Source of the DNA: an uncultured Acidobacteriota bacterium
Lineage (GTDB): Bacteria > Acidobacteriota > Thermoanaerobaculia > Gp7-AA8
NCBI GenBank assembly: GCA_963822445.1
Contig: CAWGHO010000001.1
Span: forward strand, 96,001-160,000
Direction of reading: 5' to 3'
Length of the DNA stretch: 64,000 bases
Under the pieces are notes generated by a model. The model did no database searches and was not told where the DNA came from. It worked only from the letters and a program-made list of their open reading frames with translations. This document shows, piece after piece, positions 9,164 through 18,570 of this stretch (within the stretch, counting starts at the first letter, position 1; every line of letters begins with the position of its first letter). Both the position numbers and the translations under genes were made by a program.

Positions 9164-10457
9164 TCGTGGCTCCCACTCCATTCATCGCGCGCTCGAATTC
9201 ATTGCGCGCCTGCCAGTATTCACGTTGCACGTCCGCCAGCTCCCGCCGCGCCACGGTCTCATCCTGTCGCGCGCGAAGCACGTCGTAGAGGCCGAGGAGC
9301 ATGGTGTTCTGTTCGAGCTTGGTCAGCTCGACGATGCGCGTGCGCCGCGGGACGATCACGTCGCGGTAGTACTCGACGCGTGCGCGGGCCGCGAGCAGCC
9401 GCTCGCGTGCGACGCGGACTTCCGAGGCGGCCTGGACGCCGAGCGCGGCGAGAGTCTGTTCGGCGCGTGTCAGTTCCGCCTGAGCGCGGGCACGCCGCGC
9501 CGTTCCACGATTGAAGATCGGGATGGGGACTTCGATGCCCGGGCCGGTGGTGATCTCCCCTTCCGGCTCGCGCTCGCGATGAACGTCGGCGACGATCTCG
9601 CCCATGCCTTCCAGGCGGGAGAGGCCGAGGAGTTGGCGCAGCGCGTCGAGCTCGCGCGTGGCGACGATCAGATCGAGCCGCCGCGTCGCGAGATCGAGCT
9701 CGGTCATCTCCGGCTCGCGATCGGGAAGCGGCGGAAAGTCGGCGGCGACTGTCCATTCGATCGACGCGTCGCGCAGTCCCATCGCGCGGAGCAGTGCTTC
9801 GCGCGCGACGAGCAGTTCCTCTTCGTCGCGGGACAGCGTGACCTTGGCCTGTTCGTACGCGGCCTGATGATGCTCGAGCTCGAGATCGGTGATGTTGCCG
9901 GCCATGTGTTGCCGCAACGCCAGCTCCGCCGCGGTTCGCGCTGCTTCAGTGGCGGTGCGGCTCGCGCCGAGTTTCTGCGTTGCCGCGAGCAGCGTGTAGT
10001 AGTCATCGCGAACGCCGGCGGCAAGTGCGAGGACTTCCGCGGCCACACGGCTCTTGGCCGCTTCGAACGCGGCGCGTCCTGCCGCACGACGACGCGGAAG
10101 CTGCACGAGATCGAGCAGCGATTGAGCGATCGTGATCTCGAACGGGTTGTACGGCCGCTTGGGAACGCGCCATTCGAACTCGAGGATGGGATTGCTGATG
10201 GTGGTCGCGTCGAGAAGGTCCGCGCGGGCGACGTCGAGCTCGGAGAGCACGACCTCGAGGCGGGGGTTGTTCGTCAACGCCACCGCTACTGCTTCATCGG
10301 CGGTGAGCTCACCGGCCAGAAGCTCGGTCACGCTTCCGCTGGCGAGCGTGAGATTGGTGCGCTCGCGAAAGGTCTGCTGCACCTCGGCCCGACCCGCGTC
10401 GCGGGGAACGCTCACGCAGCCAGTGAATGCGAGGATGAGGATCAGCCCGCGCTTCAC
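9087..10457 (-). CDS. TolC-family outer membrane lipoprotein (copper module)
   Basis: Lipobox FTGC; AVAVALTNNPRL; IPIPIFNRG; helical heptads. GTG start inferred. Confidence 0.85.
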   Translation of the reverse strand: MKRGLILILAFTGCVSVPRDAGRAEVQQTFRERTNLTLASGSVTELLAGELTADEAVAVALTNNPRLEVVLSELDVARADLLDATTISNPILEFEWRVPKRPYNPFEITIAQSLLDLVQLPRRRAAGRAAFEAAKSRVAAEVLALAAGVRDDYYTLLAATQKLGASRTATEAARTAAELALRQHMAGNITDLELEHHQAAYEQAKVTLSRDEEELLVAREALLRAMGLRDASIEWTVAADFPPLPDREPEMTELDLATRRLDLIVATRELDALRQLLGLSRLEGMGEIVADVHREREPEGEITTGPGIEVPIPIFNRGTARRARAQAELTRAEQTLAALGVQAASEVRVARERLLAARARVEYYRDVIVPRRTRIVELTKLEQNTMLLGLYDVLRARQDETVARRELADVQREYWQARNEFERAMNGVGATNDLETESTGRDSGRNRGIGRRNAEH

Positions 10458-10951
10458 TACTTCGAGCCCTTCCTGACCAGGGACATCCCGCATTTCGGGC
10501 AGGTGCCCGGTTTCGACGACGTGACCTCGGGGTGCATCGGGCAGGTGTAGACGACGCCAGCGGGGGCTTTCTTCGCGGCGGGCTTCTTCGCGGCCGGTTT
10601 CTTCGGCGAGGCTTTTGGTTTGGGTGCCGGTTCCGGATCGTGGTGGTGATGGATCGCGGCGGGGGCTGGCGCCGCCGGCGCCGGATGCACGTGCGTTTCG
10701 CCGGCGAACTTGGACGCGTCGGCCGCGGACGCGGCGACCACCACGTCGAACTCGTCCGCGGTCAGGGTCGAAGCCGGATTGACAGTGGCCATCTCGCCGG
10801 TCGAGCGCGGTCCGGCCTCGATCGGCAGCGAGACCGAAGCGGGCGGCGCCGCGGTTCCGATGCCCGTGACCGGACCCCACAGGCCGCCCGGCGGGATGAC
10901 GATCTGGGCCATCACCACGGCCGCTGCAAGTACCGTAACTCCCATCATCAC
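10457..10951 (-). CDS. Heavy-metal-binding domain protein
   Basis: His tract HHHH; YTCPMHPEV...CPKCGM; AAGGAG RBS. Confidence 0.8.
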   Translation of the reverse strand: MMMGVTVLAAAVVMAQIVIPPGGLWGPVTGIGTAAPPASVSLPIEAGPRSTGEMATVNPASTLTADEFDVVVAASAADASKFAGETHVHPAPAAPAPAAIHHHHDPEPAPKPKASPKKPAAKKPAAKKAPAGVVYTCPMHPEVTSSKPGTCPKCGMSLVRKGSK

Positions 10952-11007
10952 AACTCCTTCACCGCATGCAAGGTGACGGCCGCCGAGGCTGTGCTACCCT
11001 CCGCGCC

Positions 11008-11666
11008 GTGCAACTGTGGACGGCGTTTTTAGAGGCCGGGTGGGTGGGGAAAACCGTCCTGGCCATCCTCCTCATTTTCTCAGTCATCTCCTGGGCGGTC
11101 ATGATCGTGGTCTGGCAGCGCTTCCGGCGCTCGCAGCGCGCTTCCCGCCGGTTCGTCGTCGATTTTCCGCAAGGCCAAACGGCTCGCCGACGTGCAATCG
11201 GCCGTCGGTCCGCTCGCACATGCCGCGCTGGTCGGCCTGTTCCGCGCAGGATACGCGGAGATCGAGGCCCAGATCGCCCACCATGAGGGAAAACAGACGG
11301 TGAAGTCGGTGGAGAGCGTGGAGCGCTCGCTGATCCGGGCGACGCGCATCGAAGCCTGCGCGCCTCTCGCGATTCGTCCCGTTCCTGGCCACTACCGCCG
11401 CGGCCACGCCGTTCATCGGCCTCTTCGGCACGGTCTGGGGAATCATGGAAGCCTTCGGCACCATCGGCGCGACGGGGTCGACGTCCATCACCGCGGTCGC
11501 CCCGGGCATCAGCGAAGCGTTGATCAACACCGCCGCCGGCCTCTTCGCCGCCATTCCCGCGCTTCTTGCATACAACCACTTCGTCGGACGGCTCCGTTCG
11601 GCCAAGGGGGAGATGGAAGATTTCACGCTGGAGTTCCTGAATCTGACGGAACGCAACTTCACGTGA
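11008..11666 (+). CDS. tolQ: TolQ (MotA/TolQ/ExbB), two apparent frameshifts
   Basis: Three consecutive frames give [16 protein letters not shown] and [22 protein letters not shown]...[15 protein letters not shown]. Shifts near 11165 and 11357. Confidence 0.85.
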
Positions 11667-11688
11667 GACTGGTGCGTCTAACAAAAGC

Positions 11689-12126
11689 ATGGCTTTGAGA
11701 CTGGGTGAGAGCGACGAGATGTCGGACTTGTCGGAGATCAACGTCACTCCGCTCGTCGACGTCATGCTGGTCCTGCTGATCATCTTCATGATCACGGCCC
11801 CGATGCTGCAGCAGGGGCTGGACGTGTCGCTTCCCGAGGCAGAGGGCAAGAGCTTCGAGCTCGCGTCGAACAATCCTTCGAAGATCACCATCAGCAGCGC
11901 GGGTGTGGTGTACGTCGACGGCACGTCCGTCGGCTCGCGGGACCTCGAGCTGACGCTGGGACCGATGCTGCGCTCGAAGCGGATCAAGCGTGCGCTGCTG
12001 GAGGCGGATGAGACCGTGCCGTACGGGAGGGTTGTGGCGGTGCTCGATGTGATGAACCGCGCGGGTGTGCAGCAGCTCGGCATGATCACCCAGCCGAAGG
12101 AGCGGAATGCAGGACCGCGTCGCTGA
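11689..12126 (+). CDS. tolR: TolR/ExbD
   Basis: EINVTPLVDVMLVLLIIFMITAP motif. Confidence 0.92.
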   Translation: MALRLGESDEMSDLSEINVTPLVDVMLVLLIIFMITAPMLQQGLDVSLPEAEGKSFELASNNPSKITISSAGVVYVDGTSVGSRDLELTLGPMLRSKRIKRALLEADETVPYGRVVAVLDVMNRAGVQQLGMITQPKERNAGPRR

Positions 12127-12844
12127 CGTCCTGGCCCAGCGCGCCGCGCTGGATCGTGGCGCCGGCGTAGGTGTGGCCCTCTCCGTCCTTCTGCACGGCG
12201 GCCTGGCCGCACTGGTGATCTACAGCGCGCTGCACGCATCGCCGCCGATACCGGCGACGATGGTCAACATCCAGTTCGCGAAGATGCCGGCGATGACGAA
12301 GGCCGAGGCTAAGCCGGTGGCGAAGCCGGCGCCGGCCGTCCCCAAGATCGAAGAGCCGAAGCCGGTCATCGCGGAGCCGAAACCGGAGCCCCCGGCGGCC
12401 ACGCCTCCGCCGAAACCAACGAAGAACACCGTGCCGCTCTCCCCTTTCGGCCAATCGACGAAAAAAGGCGCGGAAACTCCGGCCACCGTTCCCCCGCCTA
12501 CCGCCGACCGCCTACCGCCTACCGCCCCGGAAGTTCCGGTCGGCGGCTCCGGCATCACCGGCCTGGAAGGCGGCGACTTTCCGCACACCCTCTATCTGGC
12601 GGGCATGCAGCGGAAGATCGGCGGCAACTGGTTCCGTCCCGCGGTACCGGCGGGAACGCAGGTCGTCATCTATTACCGCATCCAGCGCGACGGCAAGGTC
12701 ACGGACGCGGTCATCGAGACGCCCAGCGGCAACAGCACCTTCGACCGCGCCGCGCTGAGCGCCGTCCGCAGCGCGAATCCACTCAATCCATTGCCTTTTG
12801 CCTACTCCGGCCAGTACCTGGGAGTGCACTTAACCTTCAGATGA
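12107..12844 (+). CDS. TolA/TonB C-terminal domain protein
   Basis: TM helix with SxxxH; Pro-rich linker; SGNSTFDRAALSAV; position in the tol operon. Confidence 0.85.
   Translation: MQDRVADVLAQRAALDRGAGVGVALSVLLHGGLAALVIYSALHASPPIPATMVNIQFAKMPAMTKAEAKPVAKPAPAVPKIEEPKPVIAEPKPEPPAATPPPKPTKNTVPLSPFGQSTKKGAETPATVPPPTADRLPPTAPEVPVGGSGITGLEGGDFPHTLYLAGMQRKIGGNWFRPAVPAGTQVVIYYRIQRDGKVTDAVIETPSGNSTFDRAALSAVRSANPLNPLPFAYSGQYLGVHLTFR
12494..12528 (+). repeat. CCGCCTA heptamer array inside the tolA/tonB coding region
   Basis: ccgccta ccgccga ccgccta ccgccta ccgcccc; same unit as the intergenic element at 40974-41051. Confidence 0.7.
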
Positions 12845-14118
12845 AAAGACTCCTTCTCGTCTCTCTGCTTGCCGTTCCCGCGTTCGCCCAGACCGACGTG
12901 AGCGGGGTCATGAACCCGGAGCTGGCCACGCAGGTCATCCGGATGGCGGTTCCCTTCCCCGAGCTGAATCCGCCCAATGCGCCGTCCCCTTCGCCTGTCG
13001 ATCCGGCCGAGGTGCGGACCGGGTTCTTCGGGCCGCTGACGCGGGACATCGCTTACTCCGGCATCTTCGCCATCGCGCCGCTGCCGCCTGGCGTGCCGGT
13101 CAACGGCGAGCTGCTCAAGCGCATCAACGCCCAGCATCATCTGAAGCTGAACGTCTGGAAGGAGAACGGCGAGTACGTCGTGGAGGCCCGCCTGTTCGAT
13201 GCCGCGGACACCAGACAACTCGAAAAGCGGTATCGCTCCCCCGCCGGCGCGCTGGGCCGCACCGCGCACATGCTCGCCAACGAGCTATTGCGCGCCGTCA
13301 GCGGCAGTCCCGGCGTCTTTCTCTCCCAGATCGCCTTTGCCTCGAATCGCACCGGCAACTGGGAGATCTGGCTGATGGACTGGGACGGCTCGAATCAGCG
13401 CCGCATCACCAATCACGGCGCGCTGTCGATCCTGCCGAGCTGGGCGCCGGACAACGAGCGGATGGTCTACACGTCCTTCGCCCGCGGCACGAGCGACATG
13501 TACATCATCAATCGCCGCGGCGGAAAGACGTTGCGGCTCAACTCCGGTCTGGCGCTCAACACCTCCGCAACCTTCTCGCCGGTCGGCAACGACATCGCCT
13601 TCGTCGGCTCGGTCCGCGGGAACCCGGACATCTATCTGATCAAGGACGACGGCTCGAACGTCCGCCGCCTGACGAACAGCGGCTCGATCGAGTCCACGCC
13701 GGAGTGGAGTCCGAACGGACGGCAGATTTCCTTCACCTCCGGCCGCGGCGGCACACCGCAGATTTACGTGATGGACGCGGAAGGCTCGAACGTGCGCCGC
13801 ATCTCCCACGACGGCAGCTGGAACGACGACGCGAACTGGTCGCCGGACGGCGAGAAGATCGCCTACACCTCGCGCGTCAACGGCCGCTTCCAGATCCGCA
13901 TCGCCAACCAGATCACCGGCGAGAACCGGATCGTGGCCGCCGGAGAAGGATCGAACGAACAGCCGACCTGGTCGCCGGACGGCAAGTGGATCGCCTTCCA
14001 GTCGAACCGCACCGGCAAGTGGCAGGTCTACCGGATGCGCGTCGACGGCAGCGATCTCCTGCAGCTGACCTTCGACGGAGAGAACAAGGAACCCGATTGG
14101 TCGAAGAAACCTGAGTGA
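12841..14118 (+). CDS. tolB: TolB
   Basis: Signal peptide; RTAHMLANE; multiple PxWSPDG PD40 repeats. Confidence 0.92.
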   Translation: MKRLLLVSLLAVPAFAQTDVSGVMNPELATQVIRMAVPFPELNPPNAPSPSPVDPAEVRTGFFGPLTRDIAYSGIFAIAPLPPGVPVNGELLKRINAQHHLKLNVWKENGEYVVEARLFDAADTRQLEKRYRSPAGALGRTAHMLANELLRAVSGSPGVFLSQIAFASNRTGNWEIWLMDWDGSNQRRITNHGALSILPSWAPDNERMVYTSFARGTSDMYIINRRGGKTLRLNSGLALNTSATFSPVGNDIAFVGSVRGNPDIYLIKDDGSNVRRLTNSGSIESTPEWSPNGRQISFTSGRGGTPQIYVMDAEGSNVRRISHDGSWNDDANWSPDGEKIAYTSRVNGRFQIRIANQITGENRIVAAGEGSNEQPTWSPDGKWIAFQSNRTGKWQVYRMRVDGSDLLQLTFDGENKEPDWSKKPE

Positions 14119-14119
14119 G

Positions 14120-14197
14120 AGTCGTTAGTCGTTAGTGATTAGTCGTTAGTAGAACGCGTCCGGGCTACTAACCACTAACGACTAACCACTAACGACT
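14120..14197. repeat. Inverted tandem-heptamer hairpin (GTCGTTA x4 / TAACGAC x4)
   Basis: 4 units + GTAG, a 12-nt spacer, then CTAC + 4 inverted units; some variant units. Confidence 0.9.
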
Positions 14198-14235
14198 ACG
14201 CACTGATAACATCGGAAAAAGGGAGTGGAACAGCA

Positions 14236-14829
14236 ATGAAAAAGACTTTTGTGGCGACCCTGGTGATCCTCCTGGTCGCGCTCGTGCCCGCATGCAAATC
14301 GCGCAAGACGCCGAAGCCGGTAGTGACCGCCACGGTCGCTGATACGGCACCGCCGGAGATCGCGCCGCCGCCCTTGCAGGACACGACCCCGCGCGTCGAT
14401 CCGCCGACCGATTTCGTCAACGACACCCCGGTGCGCGAAGAGATCATGCCCGCCGATGTCGAAATGGCGAATCGCATGGCTCAGGAGCGCGGCTACATCC
14501 GCGACGCCTTCTTCAACTACGACGAGTCGACGCTCGATGACGCCGCGCAGTCGGCGCTCAACGCGTCCGCGACGTGGCTCAAGAGCGCGCAGGGATCGGG
14601 CTACAAGCTCCTCGTCGAAGGTCATTGCGACGAGCGCGGCACCGAGCAGTACAACCTGGCCCTCGGCGATCGCCGGGCGAACATCGCCCGCGACTACCTG
14701 GTCACCCTCGGCGTCGACGCCAGCCGCATCCGCACGGTCAGCTACGGCGAAGAGCGCCCGTTCGAGGAAGGCCACGACGATTCGGCGTGGGCCCAGAACC
14801 GCCGGGCCCATCTCGTGCTCGTGAGATAG
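14236..14829 (+). CDS. pal: Peptidoglycan-associated lipoprotein Pal
   Basis: Lipoprotein Cys; EGHCDERGTEQYNLALGDRRA; SYGEERP; NRRA. Confidence 0.95.
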   Translation: MKKTFVATLVILLVALVPACKSRKTPKPVVTATVADTAPPEIAPPPLQDTTPRVDPPTDFVNDTPVREEIMPADVEMANRMAQERGYIRDAFFNYDESTLDDAAQSALNASATWLKSAQGSGYKLLVEGHCDERGTEQYNLALGDRRANIARDYLVTLGVDASRIRTVSYGEERPFEEGHDDSAWAQNRRAHLVLVR

Positions 14830-14831
14830 AA

Positions 14832-15683
14832 ATGCGAATCGCTTCCACCATCCTGATCGCAGCCGCGACGCTTCTCGCGTCCGGCTGCATCTCGACCTCG
14901 GACTTCGAGGCCGCTCAGCGGCAGATCGCGGAGCTGCAGGAAGAGCTGGCGTCGATCAAACGCACGGCCTCGAGCAAAGAGGAAGTGCAGAACGTCAACG
15001 TCCGCATCGCCGAGCAGACCGAGCAATTGCTGCGGTCGAACGCGCAGCTCATCGCGCGCGTGGCCTCGATCGAAAGTGAGATCCAGACCACCCAGGGCGG
15101 CATCGAGCAGTCGTCGCATCGCCTCGATCAGCTCACCCAGCAGCTCGGCAAGGCCCAGCGCGACCTCGACGACATGAAGTCGCTGATCGCGGCCATGCAG
15201 GCACAGCCGGCGACCCCGGCAACTGCCGATTCGGCCGCGTCCGCGCCTGCCCCGTCGGGAGGACAGGTCAATGTTCCCGCCCCGCCCGCCGCATCCGGCG
15301 ACCCGATGGAGATCTACCAGGCCGCCTACCGGGACTACCAGCGCGGCAACTTCGACCTGGCCATCGAAGGCTTCCGGGACTTCCTCAGCGTCAACAAAGT
15401 GGCCGATCTGTCCGACAACGCCGAGTACTGGATCGGCGAGAGCCTCTTTTCCCAGAAGAAATATCGCGAGGCCATCGAGCAGTTTGATGTCGTCGTCTCG
15501 AAGCATCCCCGATCCGACAAAGTTCCGGGCGCTCTCCTCAAAAAGGGTTTCTCGTACATCAGCCTCGGCGAACGGGCTCAGGGCGTCGTGCAGCTGCAGT
15601 ACGTCGTGCACGAGCATCCCCGGTCGCAGGAAGCAGCGCTGGCGCGGCAGCGGCTCAAAGCGCTCGGGATCGAAACAAGGTAG
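14832..15683 (+). CDS. cpoB: Tol-pal system protein CpoB/YbgF
   Basis: Lipobox ASGC; coiled coil; TPR region NAEYWIGES, KVPGALLKKG; follows pal. Confidence 0.9.
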   Translation: MRIASTILIAAATLLASGCISTSDFEAAQRQIAELQEELASIKRTASSKEEVQNVNVRIAEQTEQLLRSNAQLIARVASIESEIQTTQGGIEQSSHRLDQLTQQLGKAQRDLDDMKSLIAAMQAQPATPATADSAASAPAPSGGQVNVPAPPAASGDPMEIYQAAYRDYQRGNFDLAIEGFRDFLSVNKVADLSDNAEYWIGESLFSQKKYREAIEQFDVVVSKHPRSDKVPGALLKKGFSYISLGERAQGVVQLQYVVHEHPRSQEAALARQRLKALGIETR

Positions 15684-15730
15684 AATGCCGCGTTTTTCGT
15701 AGCACCCATCAATTTCAGTAGGAGCATTTC

Positions 15731-15997
15731 ATGGCGAATATTCGCTCGGCCGAGAAGCAGAGACGGCAGGCCGAAAAAAGTAAGGCGCGGAACCGCGCCG
15801 GCACGTCGAAGCTCAGGAGCGCGCTGAAGAAGGCTCGCACCGGGGTCACCGGCGGCGATGCCGACAAGGACACGCTCGCGGCAGGATTCTCGGCAGTGGA
15901 CAAGGCCGCCAAAAAGGGCCTGATCAAGAAGAACACCGCCAGCCGCTACAAGGCCCGCCTCGCGGCAGCCTCGAAGCGCGGCGCCGCCGAGAAGTAA
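15731..15997 (+). CDS. rpsT: 30S ribosomal protein S20
   Basis: MANIRSAEK...DKAAKKGLIKKNTASRYKARL. Confidence 0.97.
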   Translation: MANIRSAEKQRRQAEKSKARNRAGTSKLRSALKKARTGVTGGDADKDTLAAGFSAVDKAAKKGLIKKNTASRYKARLAAASKRGAAEK

Positions 15998-16022
15998 ACC
16001 CAGACGCATCGACGGTTTCCAG

Positions 16023-16049
16023 CGGCGCACCTGCGGGTGCGCCGTTTTC
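16023..16049 (+). terminator. Probable intrinsic terminator after rpsT
   Basis: cggcgcacc-tgcg-ggtgcgccg followed by tttt. Confidence 0.65.
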
Positions 16050-16053
16050 GTTC

Positions 16054-16308
16054 ATGAACATCGACGACGAGTTCTCGCTGACCCCCGAGGAAGAACGCCA
16101 GCTGATCGAGGCCCTGATGCAGCGCGCGGCCGAGGATGGAACGCTGGGCCGCGACGACCTGCAGTCGGTGACGCGCCACTTTCTCGAAGACGTGCTCCAG
16201 GGAGCGATGATCCCCGACGAGCTGCTCGACCAGGTCGTTGCCGCCTATCGCGCCCGCGGACGTCTGGCCATGAGCGAGGACGGCGGGCGTTACACGATCA
16301 CCCTCTGA
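16054..16308 (+). CDS. Hypothetical acidic protein
   Basis: 84-aa ORF with host-like codon usage that fills the gap. Confidence 0.6.
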   Translation: MNIDDEFSLTPEEERQLIEALMQRAAEDGTLGRDDLQSVTRHFLEDVLQGAMIPDELLDQVVAAYRARGRLAMSEDGGRYTITL

Positions 16309-16342
16309 AAACAAAAAGGGCGAGGCACGCGGCCTCGCCCTT
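16308..16342 (-). terminator. Intrinsic terminator for the minus-strand protease gene
   Basis: On the minus strand: aagggcgaggc-cgcgt-gcctcgccctt, followed by a T run. Confidence 0.8.
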
Positions 16343-16365
16343 CGAGTGTTGCCTGCGATTCGTGA

Positions 16366-17250
16366 TTACTTGCCGCTGTTGCGGTTGTTGCGCGGCTCTT
16401 CGACGCGCGCGAACGGATCGAACGGTGCCCAGAAGACGTCGGTCACGAGGAGGCCGTGCTCTTCGCCACCGTGGTTCGGGCTGATCTCGCGCTCGAAGCG
16501 AATGCCGCGGCCTTCGCTGTCCCACGCGACCGGGGTGCCCCAGCTCCACGGCTGGAGATAGTCGTCGCCGAGGCTCGGCAGGGTCTGGCCGCTGCGGCTG
16601 ATCGAGTCGGTCATGACGTCGTAGGTGGAGTACCAGCTGTTCGTCGGATCGGTGTGGTTGTAGATCGAGTCGAGCTGCGCGAAATCATGCGCATTCGGGG
16701 CGCGATTCGACTTCGCGCCGCCCGTGCCGCCGCCGTCCGGATAGGCGGTGTAGTCCATGCACGAGCCGAGGTTGGTGTTGTTGTTGTTCTCGTCCTGGTG
16801 GCCGAGGCCGAAGTCATGGCCGACTTCCTGGCACATGACCAGGTCGCGCCATCCCGGCGTGTTGTAGAACGACTGGGCATAGTACGTGTCGTTCATCTTC
16901 GCGGTGCCCTGGGCGATGTGGTTCGAGCCCTGGCCCGTCAGCCAGATCTGGGCGATTCCCAGCCAGCCGTTCTGACCATAGGCGCCGTTGCAGACTTCGA
17001 TGCGTCCGGCGGTCGGCGCGCAGCTCGAGTTCGTGCCGCCCGAAACCTTCGAGAGATTCAGCTTCGAGGAGTTGTTCCAGTCGTTGATCGCTTCGGTCAG
17101 GTAACCAGACCACGCCGAGGTGGTGTTGTCGCCGACCTTGATGTTCATCGGGAAACCGGTGCTGCTCCAGTGATACTTACGCCACGCATGCCTCGCGGAG
17201 GCCGGAACTGCAAGGGCCACAAGAACCAGGACGATGAGGAAACGACGCAT
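16366..17250 (-). CDS. Secreted metzincin-like Zn metalloprotease
   Basis: Signal peptide; QEVGHDFGLGH; Met-turn SCMDY; AGGAG RBS. Confidence 0.8.
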   Translation of the reverse strand: MRRFLIVLVLVALAVPASARHAWRKYHWSSTGFPMNIKVGDNTTSAWSGYLTEAINDWNNSSKLNLSKVSGGTNSSCAPTAGRIEVCNGAYGQNGWLGIAQIWLTGQGSNHIAQGTAKMNDTYYAQSFYNTPGWRDLVMCQEVGHDFGLGHQDENNNNTNLGSCMDYTAYPDGGGTGGAKSNRAPNAHDFAQLDSIYNHTDPTNSWYSTYDVMTDSISRSGQTLPSLGDDYLQPWSWGTPVAWDSEGRGIRFEREISPNHGGEEHGLLVTDVFWAPFDPFARVEEPRNNRNSGK

Positions 17251-17333
17251 CGAATCTCCTTTTGACTACCGTCTGAGTTTCTTTTGGAGGGGCACCGACC
17301 CCTCCGATCCACTACTAGCTGACCGACCACTAA

Positions 17334-17375
17334 GGCAACGGCTCTGCCATTGGTGCCAAAAATGTCAACTCGTTG
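17334..17375 (-). promoter_or_regulatory. Putative sigma54 promoter with adjacent IHF-like site
   Basis: Minus strand TGGCAG-AGCCG-TTGCC (17334-17349) has -24/-12 spacing. TGTCAACTCGTTG (17363-17375) resembles WATCAANNNNTTR. Confidence 0.5.
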
Positions 17376-17540
17376 TAAGCAAAAAGCTTACGCTCATGAG
17401 TCAGCTTGCGCAAAGGGTCACATCCGATACCAATGGCGCAATTCCTGACCCGCCAAAGGGTACAAGTTAGGACCTTTTGCCGATTTGAGAGGTAGGGATA
17501 CTACTGTCGGTGTCACTCCCACGATGGAGGAGGATTTTCC

Positions 17541-17963
17541 ATGGCATGGCGCGTAGCGAAGAGTCTCGCCAGGTTGCGGGATCAGGTGAACAAGAAGTGG
17601 CCGAAGCGGCGGACCCAGAACGACGGCACGATCGGCGACGAGGCCCACCAGAGCAACACCTCAGATCACAACCCCTGGGTCAAGGACGGCAGCAAGGGCG
17701 TGGTCACCGCTCTCGACATCACCCACGATCCGGCGAACGGCTGCGACGCGGGCAAGATCGCCGAAGCCATCCGGAGCAGTGAAGATCCGCGCGTGAAGTA
17801 CATCATCTGGAACCGCCGCATCTGCAGCTTCCAGAAAGTCGGCACCGCGAAAGCGTGGACCTGGCGGAAGTACACCAAGAAGAACCCACACACCGAGCAC
17901 GTGCACATCTCGGTTCGGTCGATGAAGGAGCAGTACGACGCGACCGAGCCGTGGAAGCTGTAG
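17541..17963 (+). CDS. Probable Zn cell-wall peptidase domain (M15/LAS-like)
   Basis: SDHNP...ALDIT...HTEHVHIS metal-ligand pattern; GGAGGAGG RBS. Confidence 0.6.
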   Translation: MAWRVAKSLARLRDQVNKKWPKRRTQNDGTIGDEAHQSNTSDHNPWVKDGSKGVVTALDITHDPANGCDAGKIAEAIRSSEDPRVKYIIWNRRICSFQKVGTAKAWTWRKYTKKNPHTEHVHISVRSMKEQYDATEPWKL

Positions 17964-18058
17964 TTACGGGGTTACGGGGTTTCGGGGTTACGAGGAGGAA
18001 CCGGCCTCACTCCGAAATCTCATCACCCCGTAACCTCGTAACCCCGCGACCTCGTAAC
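17963..18058. repeat. Inverted tandem-octamer hairpin (GTTACGGG x4 / CCCGTAAC x4)
   Basis: 4+4 units between convergent genes. Confidence 0.9.
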
Positions 18059-18060
18059 CA

Positions 18061-18570
18061 TCAGAATCCTTCCAACAGATTCGTAACCAGCCCTTCCGCG
18101 AACCGGACGGCGATCTCCTGGATGGCGCGGGTCTCCTGGTCGAAGGCGTCGGTGTTGGCGACGTTCACTTCGTAGTTCTCTGTGAAGCGGTACTGGTCGT
18201 TCTTCCAGAGGACCTTGTCGTCGTTGCGGTGATCGAGGAGCTCGATCTTCGCGGTGATCGACACCTGGTAGCGCGTGGCGCGGCCCTGGTCGAAGGCGAT
18301 CGGGTAGATGCCGAAGCTGTCGATCGAGCCGCGGAGGATGACGTGGGCCTGCTTGGAGTCGGTGACGATCTGCAAGCGCCCGCGCGAGACGAACTCCTGG
18401 GCGACGGCCTGCGTCACGCGCTGCTCGAGCTCGACGCGCGTGGTGCGGTTCACGAACGCCGGCACTTCGATCGTGCGGATGGACGGATCGAGAAAGTTGC
18501 TGCGCCCGACCAGCGCGTAGCCGCACGACATCAGGAACAGCAGCGGAGCCAGGAAAAGGATGCGTTTCAT
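18061..18570 (-). CDS. lptE: LPS assembly lipoprotein LptE
   Basis: Lipobox MSCGY; IRTIEVPAFVNRT; downstream of leuS. Confidence 0.85.
   Translation of the reverse strand: MKRILFLAPLLFLMSCGYALVGRSNFLDPSIRTIEVPAFVNRTTRVELEQRVTQAVAQEFVSRGRLQIVTDSKQAHVILRGSIDSFGIYPIAFDQGRATRYQVSITAKIELLDHRNDDKVLWKNDQYRFTENYEVNVANTDAFDQETRAIQEIAVRFAEGLVTNLLEGF

Noticed and set aside
11008-11666. tolQ as a pseudogene or programmed frameshift
   Set aside because: Single-base indels, one in a T run, in an otherwise intact tol-pal operon. Similar breaks in dinB (~23617), asparaginase (~43665, ~43800) and cassette 2 point to assembly errors. Read polishing would decide.
17251-17540. Riboswitch or ncRNA in the AT-richer divergent intergenic region
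   Set aside because: No recognisable aptamer consensus; better explained as promoter DNA.
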